Positions 50,101 through 60,997 are shown, counted from the stretch's first letter. The stretch is DNA of 64,000 bases from a virus (IMGVR_UViG_3300035520_000484:34993-98992), one strand, 5' to 3'. The notes: generated by a model from the sequence alone, not told the origin. Program-made: numbers and translations.

Positions 50101-51508
50101 TGAAGAAGCTTTATAGGAAGAATTTGATTTATATAAAGAATATGCAATGAGTGCAACGGATAATGATATACAGAAAATAGATTTACAAAGATGGATAACT
50201 GATCCCGAATACAGAGAACAAACAATCTCTGACTATGAGAAGTATAAACATTCTTTTAATCTATTAGATGTTATTGACAAAGATCCTAAATTATTTGGAT
50301 ATGTTAGTAGACTTGCAGAGACTGATGAAGCATTTAAACAAACTAGCTTTAAATATAGAAGTACTAGAAAAGTCTATTATGATCTTCACAAGCAATATAA
50401 AGTACCTATTAATGATGTAGTCTCAGGATTATATGATTATCTTTCAGAAACTACTATTAATGATTGGTTATATTCTTAGAATATTACAATAACTATACCA
50501 TCGGGAATGAAAATTTATGAGCCTAATGGAAAATTAAGTGAAAATCCTTTAACTAAAGCTAAAGAAATTCGATTAGGAACTAGTTGGGCAAATGCTACTT
50601 TCTAGAAATATATGGATACTATAGTATTTCCTGCTATACATAGAGGTGATATAGAGGAAGGTAGAGTATCTTCTATTAGAGATACTTTATTTGCTTCAAA
50701 ACTTTCTGCTGACCTTAGAACTAATACTACTTTAGGTAATCCTATGATTATTAGAACTGTTCCAATTAATATGCTTTCTAGATCAGAAAATGGATAGCAA
50801 GCTATGTTAGATTATATTAGAGACTTTGATTAGAACATAGCTAAATATACATATATGAAAGATGGAAATAATGTTGCAGTATCTGACCTAATATTGTATT
50901 ATACCATGATTGCTCATGGTTGGAAACAAAGAGAAAATTCTATGGTTAATCTATTTACTAATCAAAAGAAATCAGGTGTATTAAAGAACTTTCTTGAATT
51001 TGAAACTGGATTAGATAGATCAAATTATATACTGGGCAATACAAGTGATTATCTATCTGAAATCAAACCTTATATTGCAAAACATAAGAGTCCATTTGGA
51101 GCAAAAGAACCATTTATAATTAGTTAGCACAATGGAGAATATAAGCTTATGGAAAAACAGGAACGTAATGACTAGGGAGAGTTTGAAAATACAGGTGGAG
51201 AGATGGTTGGTAATTATGAAGTTATGGATAAAGGACTTGATAAAAGTGTATTTGCAAGTGGTCAAATATTAAATCAAGGTCGTATTTATTCTGAAGAATT
51301 TGAAACTGAGGATAATGATGGTAATAAAACTAAACATAAATTAGAAATTACCTTCCATAGTGGATCTGATTCAGTAAAATTAGATAATGTAGATTATCCT
51401 GAGATTAAAATACGTATGATAATAAAGAATGGAGTTCCTATTCCTGATGCTGAAACTATAAAAGGCCAGATAATGGAAAAGAAAAAACCAACTGATAATT
51501 GTCAATAA
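41195..51508 (+). CDS. Giant virion-packaged DNA-directed RNA polymerase (crAss-like single-chain two-barrel RNAP; about 3437 aa, code 15)
   Basis: Ten track ORFs share this frame; catalytic loop QGSDFDID (DFDID at 48419-48433) preceded by EVIAARIPAQSMQSFM; also GI*LDKEHHADNAEVSLMT*V. DFDID is the metal-binding motif described for crAss-like virion RNAPs. Confidence 0.88.
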
Positions 51509-51510
51509 TT

Positions 51511-52578
51511 ATGGCTATATGTATTAATAGAAATTCTATGGAATACCAAGATCTCCAAAAGAGATCTGGTGTTCCATAGGAAATTCTTGATTCAACATGT
51601 GTAAAATATTTAGAGAAATATGGTAGATTACCTTACTTAGATGAAATACCAGGAAGTAATTCTAAAGCACATCTAGAATCAGAACTTAAATTAAATAAAA
51701 GTAAAGGTACTACTATAGATAAAGTCTTAGAAGTATCTGGAACTAAGTCTGTAGAAGAAGCTACTATAAGATTAAACGATATTTATCGAGATACTGAAGT
51801 AGATATAATCCCTGTTGAAGATGAAGCTATTGTTAATGTAACTCCCAGACCTACGGATGAATATAAACCAATTAAAAAATGGTATGATGTTGATGTTAAT
51901 CCAAATATGTCAAGTGTTTTAAATCATGCTATTGATAAGTTGCAAGATTTATATGGAATTAAAGTACATAGTGTTACTGATACTGATTTAGAATCTAAGG
52001 AATGGTCTGATATTATTGAAAGAGATAAATTTGTAAAAGCTTTCATTTATAAAGGAGAAATTTATGTAAATACAGATAGAGCTACAGGTGATTCTACTAT
52101 TCATGAAATGCTTCATTTATTGATAGGTTCAATTCGATTTGATAATCCAGGATTGTATCAAGGTTTAATAGATAGTGCAGAATCATTTGAATCTTATCCT
52201 GCTTTAGCTTAGTCTTTTGCAGGTAAAACTCGTAATGATATGAATGAAGAAATATTTGTACAAGAGTTAGCCAAACATCTTGCAGGTATGGATTCTCAAA
52301 TTTCTAATCTATCTGAATAGGCTTTATATACAATTAACTATAATATAAGACGAGTTTTAGATACTATTTTTATGGGTGATTTTAGTACTAAAACTATAGA
52401 AGATAAATATCTTTATAATATGTCTTTTAAATAGGTCGCAAGAGCTACTAATTCTAGTGCCTTAACTAGTCAATTTAAAGGATATTTAAATGTAGAAGGT
52501 TCAGAATTACATAGATAGCTTAATAATTTAAAAGAAAAGTTATTAAGAGAAGGAACATTAGAAGAAAATTGTGAATAA
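51511..52578 (+). CDS. Virion protein C with zincin-like metallopeptidase domain (355 aa, code 15)
   Basis: MAICINRNS start; HEMLH (HExxH) at 52102-52116 with downstream NEEIF; ends EENCE-TAA coupled to the next ATG. Confidence 0.75.
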
Positions 52579-55500
52579 TGGCTTGTAAATATATTTTTAA
52601 AGGGCACACATTTGATTCAGAAGCATAGTTAGATGACTTCTTATTAGATAAATATAAACACATGGAAAAATTCGGGGACTTAGTATTTTAGTTATCGACT
52701 CGAACTTTACATGTAGTAAATTCTGTTTTAGATATTAGAAAAAAATGTAAGGAGGATTGGAATAAATATATAGAATGGGGCAAAAACCAAGATAATTATG
52801 TTTATTCTTCCGATGGTGAAGCTGACTTTGTTCAACTTCCTTATATTGGTGTTAATAAATTCTTAGCACAATAGGAAAATCCTCGATTATTTCCTGAATT
52901 TAGAGAAGAAAATTATTGGAATCTTCGATATGAAGCATGGAGAAGAGGAGAATTTAATGAAGTTGAAAAAGAAGTATTTGGAATTACTGAAAGTGAGACT
53001 AAAGAAGCTTTAGCACAAAAATGGAGTAATAAAACTTCAGACCAACTTAAAGTTGATCGTGCTTAGGTTAAAGAAAGATGGGTAGCTTAGGGAAGAATAG
53101 GTGATTCTATTCACAATGTAATGTAGCTATACTTCTCAAGAGTAAAAGGAAAATTTGTTTTTGATATGTCTAATGCAAAAGAATATATTCTATAGCATAT
53201 AGATGAAAAAAATAAAAAATTTCTTATTCGTCCTAACGGAAATACTCCTAATATTGATGATATACTTACTTACGCAAAAAATTTAAAAGAATCTATTTAT
53301 CAAGAATATGATCCAAAGCGTACTGGTTCTTTAGCTTTCTTTCCTGAATTGATTATTAGTGATAAATTAGATGATTCTGGTTCTACTCATGCTGATAAAA
53401 TTATTGGTAAGGTTGACTTATTGATTATAGACGGAGAAGGTAGAACGCATATTCTTGATTATAAAACATCACCTAAAGATTATATTAATTATGATCCTGC
53501 TAAGGAAAGAACTTATCGTTATCAGTTAGCCACTTATCAACGTATTCTAAATAGACTTGGATTATATACTGATAATGGGGATTTGATTATAGCTCCTATT
53601 AAGCTTAATGAATTTAAAAAGAATGATGACGGAGTGTATTAGTTTGAGTCTGTAAATCCTGAAGGTTTATTAAAGAAATAGGATATAGTAGCAATGGAAG
53701 GAGATGTATATAAGAATATTGAAAAATTCTTAGCTCCTAGACTGACTTTTGATGTAACTCCTGATAAAGCTCAAGAACAGGTTTAGAAATTTATGTCTGA
53801 AATTGCGCCCCTTAATACAGTGGATAGAAGTTTTGATGAAAAATCTACAACTAAGTGGTTAAAATCATGTAAAGCTTTTGATTCTAAAAATTCTGATGGT
53901 GATTATGAATTTTAGCCACCGGGTTCAACTACTAAAATAATAGGTAAAGATAAAGCTGATTTAGTTAAAAAGGTATTAGAATATTAGAAAAGCCTTTTAC
54001 CTAAAAGACTTCGTGTTTCTGCTCAATTTAAAAATCTTGTAAAAGAAGCAATTGATAATAATACCTCTGAGGTTACTTGGCCTAATGTTCAATCTCCTAA
54101 ACATCATGGAGTATCTGGTACATGGTTAAAAGATACTCTTAGACCTTATTGTAATAAATGTTGGGTAGTTGAAGATAATGAATTTTTTGAACGTTATGGT
54201 ATTATCACTTTAAGAAATATTCAAGAAAATAGAGTTGATTTTATTCGTATTTCTACTAATTTTTTGGAAAGTAATCATACAGAATTTAAAGCTAATAAAA
54301 GCTTTTATAAAGGTACTGGTATGATTGGTAAATTTCAAACTGATGCTTAGTCGGAATCTCGTAGTGATTCGTTAATGTTACAAATGTATAATGGCAATCT
54401 TGAATGTATTGAGATAATGGCATTACTTAATGCTTCTAATGGATTTCCTAATACTGAAATTGGATCTATTTAGGTAATCAATCCTTATTATTCTTAGCAA
54501 ATGTAGCCAACAAATGAGGAATTATATTACACATTTAATCAATTAAATAGATTTGCACCAATGGAAAATAATAAATTCCAAAATGGTGAAGTAAAATTTA
54601 TGAGTCGCTTTGCTAAGATTGCTAATGATGTTAGAAATATTATGTTCTTAGGTGAGGATACTAAATGGGGAGATGAATATAAACCCTTTAAAACTATCAA
54701 AGCTTGTACTGATTTATTTGCTAATGTAGGAAGTTTAAATACTGAAGAAAAAATTTAGAAACTTCAGAATTTATTAAGTATGTTAGAAAGTGATAAATTC
54801 TCTAAACATGGTGAGCTTGACACAATGTATCATAGTATTACTGAATTAAATCAAGTACATATTCGTCTAAGAAATGATATACTTATGGCTATTGCTGCTT
54901 TAAGAGGTGTTAAATTTAGACAACAAATTAGAGACCATAATAAATTTATAGATTCTCTAAAATTATGGTCAAAAGGACATACTGGATCTTATATGGATAA
55001 CCCTGGTAACCTAACATCTGACACTCTTAACTTAATTACTAGAATGGTTATGGAAGGTTATTAGAATGTTAGAGAAGAGGTACTTCTAGAAAAAGAAAAG
55101 TTAGATGTACTTACTAAGAAATTAAAAGCAGAAAAGAATTTTGATTATTTAAAAGAGAATCTTGGATGGAATCAAGTTGATTTGTATAAGAATATGATAG
55201 TAGAAAAAGATGGAGATATTCGTTTTAGAAATGTATATGATTCTAAACTTTCTCCTGCTGAAAAAGAATTTCTTACTCATATTCTTGAAGTAATCAATAA
55301 AAATAGATATGGTTCTAAAGGTGAAACTACTCTTCAGCAAATGAGAGATAACGATGATATTCAATATTATCAACTTCCTTTAGCTAGAGGTAATGATGAT
55401 TCTTTAGTATCAGCAACTAATATGCTGCAATTAATTAAAGAAAAGTTTAGATTGCTTAACCCTAAAGAATTATTTAAAAGATTCTAGCAAAAGATTGAAG

Positions 55501-57461
55501 GAATTGATTATAAAGAACGTTCTAAAACAGAAGATACTAATTAGATTATTTTTAATTTAACTAGTATGTTTGATTCAGGAGATTCAGGTTCTAAAGAAGA
55601 TAGAGAACTATTAATTAAGAAAGTTGGTGGTCTTAAATTCTTAGAGAGAAATCTTGAAACTCTTACTTTACAACATGTATTTGCTTATTCCCAAGCTAAT
55701 AATATCAATAAAGTATTTCCTTTAATTAAAGCTGCTACAATTCACTTACAAAGAGAAGGTGCTAAGTTTAATAGAGTATTTACTAATGATTTACAATATG
55801 CTTAGGAGTATATTGAAAATAAGATTTAGAATAAATCTATTGTTGATCCAAATCTTTAGGATGCGGCAAAATTAGCAGGTATGATAAAAAGTGCTGCTAG
55901 TAGATTTACTCTTGCATTTTCTCCTGTTTAGTTATTTTATCAACCATTACAAGGTATTTTTTAGGATATTAGTCTTTGGGCAAGAAAACCTGATGGAACA
56001 GATGCATTTACATTTAAACATTTTAGAAAAGCTTTAAAAATTGCTTATGGTGATTTAATAGATTTTTCAGGTAAACCTACTCTATGTTCTAGATTTAATG
56101 AACTTTACGGTCTTAATGATATGGACATGAATTAGTATGTAGACCGTATTTCTAAGAATAGAAAAGGATTCTGGAATATGGATAATTTAATGATGAAATT
56201 TGCATCTAGACCTGACTATTATAATCGTTTAACTATATTTTTATGCCAATTACAAGCTGATGGGTGTTTAGAAGCACATACTATGAAAAATGGTAAATTA
56301 GTTTATGATTGGAAATTAGATAAACGTTTTTCTAAATATGCTGCAAATCCAACAGGAACTTCTAGTGATCCTGAATTTAATAAATAGAAATCTCTATTTT
56401 ATGCGATGGCTAAATAGCTTGAGAATGAGCACGCACTTGATGAAAATGGCAATCCTTATAAATTTGATCCATAGCATCCTTCATTACCTAAAGCATATAC
56501 CAATAAATAGTCTGAAAGTATGAAATCACTTGCAGATAAGATTTATGGTTATTATTCTCATGAAAAGAAATCTCTTATTCAATCTACTGCTTTGGGTTCT
56601 CTGTGGCTTCAATTTAAAACTTACTGGTCTGGTAAAAAAGATTAGTATTTCAAATCAAGTGGTATTAAATTACAAGGTGATTTTATGCCTGTTGAAGAAA
56701 TGTAGCTTGGAGAAGATGGATAGCCTACAGGAGAAACCGTTCATTGGTATTATCAAGTGGATGCTTCTGGAAATATTGATTATGAATTACCTCCTCTCCC
56801 TGATAAAAAACCTAATAAAAATTATGGTGGTGAAATTGTTTCTGATAAATCTAAAATGATTGCACCTGTAGTATAGTGGAAAGGTAGATGGGAAGAAGGT
56901 ATTGTAGTATCATTAGGAAGAATCTTTAGTGATAGACATGTATTTAACAATTTCAAACAAATTTGGAATGAGCCTGATACTAATCTAAGAAACTGCTATA
57001 GAAGTAATATTAAACAATTAGGTATTGATTTAGTATTCTTTGGTGTAGTAGGAAGTATTCTTGGAGGTTTAATGGCTGATTGGATTAAAGACTTGAAGAA
57101 AGAGAATAAAAAGAGTACAGACTTTTTAGATGGTTGTGCAGTAGCTGCTGCTAATATTGCTGTATATACAGTTAAAAATTCTTTACTTGATTTTAATTTC
57201 TTTGATTCAATTGGATCCCCTCTTGGACAATGGACTCCTTTCGCTTTTGATTGGTCTAGTAGATTTGCAAGAAATCTTTATAATACTGCAATTGGTGAAA
57301 AAGACTGGTATGATGGTATTGTAGAAATGACTGCATTTGGTAAGTAGACTAAACCATTATGGGATACTTTAAAACCTGAATAGTTTAGAACTAAACAAGA
57401 AGGGGGAACTTGGGAAAGTCGTACAGCTAAACATAATCGTGAACGTAGAGAAAATAAATAA
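52578..57461 (+). CDS. Giant virion protein D with PD-(D/E)XK nuclease domain (1627 aa, code 15)
   Basis: GRIGDSIH (53091), FPE, GKVDLLIID, ILDYKT (DYKT 53457), YQLATY (53520) match the RecB/AddB/Cas4-like motif order; six track ORFs share this frame. Confidence 0.8.
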
Positions 57462-57643
57462 TGACATATCAAGAAGCTTTACAATTATCTAAAGACGGAA
57501 AATTAATTAAATTACCTAATTTTGAAGGATTATTCAAATGGGATTATAATAAATAGAAATTAATATTCAGAAATAAAGATTATACTTGTGATGCAGAATA
57601 TTTTGATATTTTAAATAGAACGGATTTTTATTATATACTTTAA
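57461..57643 (+). CDS. Small protein (60 aa, code 15), possibly DUF2829/Tad2-like
   Basis: MTYQEALQLSKDGKLIKLPNFEG...DILNRTDFYYIL loosely fits the DUF2829 pattern M.F.EAL...K.G......W.G ... D..A.DW; TAATG-coupled. Confidence 0.5.
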
Positions 57644-57646
57644 ATT

Positions 57647-58492
57647 ATGTCAGATTGGTTAGACGATTTATTATATAAAAGTTCTAAAAGAATTATGTAG
57701 TATGGGAGAACCTCACAAATTGATCCTGGACATTAGACTGAAAATTCTTCAGGCGACATACGTTATAGGAAAAACGAATCTCCAGAAGGAGAAGCACAAG
57801 CTACATATCTTTTACCTAGATCTTTATAGAGAAAATACTTTTTAAAAGCAGGATATATTGATGGAACTCCTGGTGATTATGGATTAGTTAAAAAAGCTGT
57901 CGGAAACCGTAATATTCCTGTTTTTTAGACTGCTCCTGATGCAATATCTAGAGATTAGTTGACAGTTATAGGGAATCCTCCTTCATTTGACTACATGATT
58001 GATGTTCCATATAAAACTCAGTTAGCACATGCTGGTAGTTATCCATCAGCTTTATATACAGATAAAGATGGAAATTTATTTAGAAAAGATTGGGATTTAA
58101 ATGATTATGGCGATTCTTCTGGAGGAGATGGTGTAAGATATAAAGATTAGTGGATGGCTAATCTTATTGATAGAATAGGAAGTCCTGTAGTCGTAACGAC
58201 TGGTTTTTAGCCAGCATATAATATGAATTATTCAACAGAGGATGAGGTTGATTAGTATAAACCCATTCGTGCTACATTATATAACTCTTATAACGACTCT
58301 CCAATTGTTAGAGAATATATAAAGAATTTAGGATTAATTCCTTATTACGGTGATTATTTTAATGATGAAAGAGATTTTGAACAGGACGAGAATTATGGAT
58401 ATAAAGAGGAGGATAATGGAGAATATTCATTTTTAGATAGAAATCCAATAGCATTTACTTTACCAGAAGTAACAGTAACTAAAAAGAAATAA
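57647..58492 (+). CDS. Hypothetical protein (281 aa, code 15), last late gene
   Basis: Read in full with only TAG interruptions; ends LPEVTVTKKK-TAA. Confidence 0.75.
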
Positions 58493-58496
58493 AAAA

Positions 58497-58536
58497 TAAG
58501 CCCGCAACCTAGGCAAAATCCTAAGTTACGGGCTTA
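58497..58536. terminator. Terminator hairpin 1 at the strand convergence point
   Basis: TAAGCCCGCAACCTAGG-CAAAAT-CCTAAGTTACGGGCTTA imperfect stem flanked by A-tracts. Confidence 0.75.
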
Positions 58537-58538
58537 AA

Positions 58539-58590
58539 AAAATAAGGGGTTAGCCTAGCGTAATTGCCAGACTAACCCCTTATTTTATTT
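58539..58590. terminator. Terminator hairpin 2 (bidirectional)
   Basis: AAAATAAGGGGTTAG...CTAACCCCTTATTTT with an A-tract before and a T-rich tail after. Confidence 0.8.
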
Positions 58591-58755
58591 CTTTATAGCA
58601 TCATTCCCATAATGAACATGACTTATAGATGTATTTTCTATATTTCCACATTCTGGACATTCAAATGATACTTTTTCATTACCAAATTCAAATTCTATCT
58701 TCTTTCTATACTCTACAAATTTTCCGCATTTCTTACAAATTTTGTACGTTGCCAT
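58585..58755 (-). CDS. Zinc-ribbon protein (56 aa; absent from ORF track)
   Basis: MATYKICKKCGK...FECPECGN...-TAA; two CxxC motifs. Confidence 0.75.
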   Translation of the reverse strand: MATYKICKKCGKFVEYRKKIEFEFGNEKVSFECPECGNIENTSISHVHYGNDAIKK

Positions 58756-59209
58756 TATCTAACCACATCGCAGTCATTACACAATAATTTGCAAGATCTA
58801 AAAGAGTATCACGTATTGATTCATCATTTACTTTAACATGCTTACCTTTACTTAGTGCTTTAAATCTATTCCATTTATCACCCATTCTAATACGAGCTGC
58901 AGCAATACCTTCTTCATTTAGAGATTCTTCAAAACTATTTCCATAATCGTGATTTTTACGAATAAAGGTATCAATCATAGATTCAATAATAGTTCTAAAA
59001 TGTGATTCAGGAGTAGGATAAGATACTTTCTGTTCGTCAACAATATCTTCTAGACACAACTTAGCTTTAGATAGATTTTTCACAATATAATCACATCCAG
59101 TAGTAATATTATACATCTGATTACTATCATCATCTAATACTACAATATCATAAGGATTCATAATTACATTATTATTTTCTGAATATTTATCAGTACACTT
59201 ATACTTCAT
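58733..59209 (-). CDS. DUF1599 (nucleotide-modification-associated domain 1) protein
   Basis: FIRKNHDYGNSF...IRMGDKWNR...DESIRDTLLDLANYCVM is the DUF1599 signature. Confidence 0.85.
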   Translation of the reverse strand: MKYKCTDKYSENNNVIMNPYDIVVLDDDSNQMYNITTGCDYIVKNLSKAKLCLEDIVDEQKVSYPTPESHFRTIIESMIDTFIRKNHDYGNSFEESLNEEGIAAARIRMGDKWNRFKALSKGKHVKVNDESIRDTLLDLANYCVMTAMWLDNGNVQNL

Positions 59210-59523
59210 AATACTTTAATAATTTTACAGTTAATTCCTTCTAAGTATTTATTATTTTCAAATATTATTGGTAAATCTTCATAATCATTAGATAAAGCTA
59301 CGGTTTCAATTAATTCACCTGTTTTTAAGTCTTGAAGTAATACTTTATCACCACGTTTAACAGTAAATTCAGGTTTACAAAAGTAAATATCTTCAGGAAT
59401 CATATACGCAGAATCAGGACATTCATGACCTTCTATATTTTGACAAAGAATACATTCATTCCATCTCGGATTATTCATATATTCTTGTATTTCAGGCCAT
59501 GTTACCATTATGTATTTAACCAT
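59206..59523 (-). CDS. Hypothetical protein (105 aa)
   Basis: Intact ORF; ATGA overlap with the downstream gene. Confidence 0.75.
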   Translation of the reverse strand: MVKYIMVTWPEIQEYMNNPRWNECILCQNIEGHECPDSAYMIPEDIYFCKPEFTVKRGDKVLLQDLKTGELIETVALSNDYEDLPIIFENNKYLEGINCKIIKVL

Positions 59524-59780
59524 TCTTCTAAAGTTTTATCGTCCATAGTATAAATGGTAAGATCTTCGGATAGATATTTATTATTTATTTCATCATACAA
59601 AGCTTCTAAATTTTGCATAAATGAAAAATCCTCATCATAATCAATTGACCATTCTTTGTTAACTCCACTATTTGAAATATATCCTGCAAAAAGTTTACCA
59701 TTTTCAAAGAAAACTCCAATTTCATAGCATCCATCAGGAGTTAGCAATGTAATAGTTCTATCATTCATCGGATTAGTCAT
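59508..59780 (-). CDS. Acidic hypothetical protein (90 aa; start re-called at MTNPMNDR)
   Basis: ATG at 59780 overlaps the upstream gene stop; the longer track start overlaps another gene. Confidence 0.65.
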   Translation of the reverse strand: MTNPMNDRTITLLTPDGCYEIGVFFENGKLFAGYISNSGVNKEWSIDYDEDFSFMQNLEALYDEINNKYLSEDLTIYTMDDKTLEEWLNT

Positions 59781-59931
59781 AGTTCTTATATTTTCTTTTA
59801 AGTTTTTCAGATTTATCAAGACCAAAGTTTCGTTTATTCCATTTCTTTTTCAATTTAATATATTCTGAATTATCAATGTCTTTACCATGCATATAATCAT
59901 ACGATGCTTGTTCACGATAACTTTTTCCCAT
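59773..59931 (-). CDS. Small basic hypothetical protein (52 aa; start re-called at MGKSYREQ)
   Basis: ATG at 59931, 19 nt after the upstream stop. Confidence 0.55.
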   Translation of the reverse strand: MGKSYREQASYDYMHGKDIDNSEYIKLKKKWNKRNFGLDKSEKLKRKYKNYD

Positions 59932-59950
59932 TACACTTAATTTTTTAATA

Positions 59951-60241
59951 TTAGACTTCAACCCATGTATCACCTTCACATTCCCAAAGAGCGTGATACA
60001 TACAACCATATTCAACTGATAAACATCTCATATAAATATCCTTTTTATCAGGAATTCCTTTAAGTAATTCATCCATCTTCTCTTCAGGAAATGTCCACTT
60101 AGAATCAAAATATCCTTCAATTATATCAGAATCTTGATCTAGAATAGTATCCATTTCTTCATCAAAAAATGAATAGATATATTTTATATTTTCTGGATTC
60201 TGAGAAGTGGCATAAAAATAATTCTCACAAATATTAGCCAT
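59951..60241 (-). CDS. Hypothetical protein (96 aa), possibly ferredoxin-like fold
   Basis: MANICEN...EGYFDSKWTFP...YMRCLSVEYGCMY; intact ORF. Fold assignment is weak. Confidence 0.65.
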   Translation of the reverse strand: MANICENYFYATSQNPENIKYIYSFFDEEMDTILDQDSDIIEGYFDSKWTFPEEKMDELLKGIPDKKDIYMRCLSVEYGCMYHALWECEGDTWVEV

Positions 60242-60399
60242 TACTGTTCAAAGAATAAAACCATATCAACTGTATCTTTAAAATTCTGTTGTTCTAGATA
60301 TTCAAGAGCTTCATCATTTAGATTCTCTAAAAGTCTACCATAAAATCCCTGACATTGAGCCAGGGATTTAATTGCTTTAATTATTTCTTCCTTGTTCAT
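60241..60399 (-). CDS. Small hypothetical protein (52 aa; absent from ORF track)
   Basis: MNKEEIIKAIKSLAQCQGFYGRLL...EQQNFKDTVDMVLFFEQ-TAA; TAATG-coupled; all Gln codons are CAA/CAG. Confidence 0.75.
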   Translation of the reverse strand: MNKEEIIKAIKSLAQCQGFYGRLLENLNDEALEYLEQQNFKDTVDMVLFFEQ

Positions 60400-60997
60400 T
60401 TAATTGCTTTTTAAGTTCTTTGATTCCTTCTTTATTTAAAGACATTGCTACTTCTGGGATAATCATTTGATAAGGTTTATATTCATCTTTAGAACCATCC
60501 TCCTCATTTCCCCATTTTTCAACATATCTATAAAGTTCAGAATTACTAGTCCATGCAGAATAGCATCTTAAAGTTTTCTTATTCTTATAATATAACCAAT
60601 TAAGAAGATATTCCCAATAATGCATGTCTCCATTAACTTTTTCTCCAAATTCATTATAATAATAAATATCAAAGTTAATAGAGAATCCAATTGTTTTAAA
60701 TAAACAAACCCAAACATATGGACTTTTTTCATGTCTAGGACTATTCCATTTATCTTTCCATCCTATATCATGAAAATCTATTTCTAATATTTTTCCTACA
60801 TTATTATAACTAAAATATGAACAATTACGTTTTATACTAAAGAATGGATGAAAGCTAACTTTAGGAAATTTAAAATATTTACGAGCTTTCCACCAAGTAT
60901 GAAGTGGATTTTCAATCCATATATCGAAATAAGAATTTCCGTAACGAATATACCAAGGAAATTTTAATTTCTTTTTTAGTTTATCAATAATATTCAT
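60377..60997 (-). CDS. Trp/aromatic-rich hypothetical protein (206 aa)
   Basis: Intact ORF with coupled ends. Confidence 0.75.
   Translation of the reverse strand: MNIIDKLKKKLKFPWYIRYGNSYFDIWIENPLHTWWKARKYFKFPKVSFHPFFSIKRNCSYFSYNNVGKILEIDFHDIGWKDKWNSPRHEKSPYVWVCLFKTIGFSINFDIYYYNEFGEKVNGDMHYWEYLLNWLYYKNKKTLRCYSAWTSNSELYRYVEKWGNEEDGSKDEYKPYQMIIPEVAMSLNKEGIKELKKQLNEQGRNN

Noticed and set aside
10892-57472. Other antisense or off-frame track ORFs (10892, 12353, 12553, 18759, 22105, 23606, 24750, 25535, 31320, 35420, 44927, 45110, 49014, 51053, 55149, 56338, 56530, 57278)
   Set aside because: Each lies wholly within a longer code-15 gene in another frame or strand and shows no independent signals.
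951-58492. Fragmented ORFs read as pseudogenes or sequencing errors
   Set aside because: Interruptions are exclusively in-frame TAG, frames never shift, and read-through genes abut neighbours precisely.
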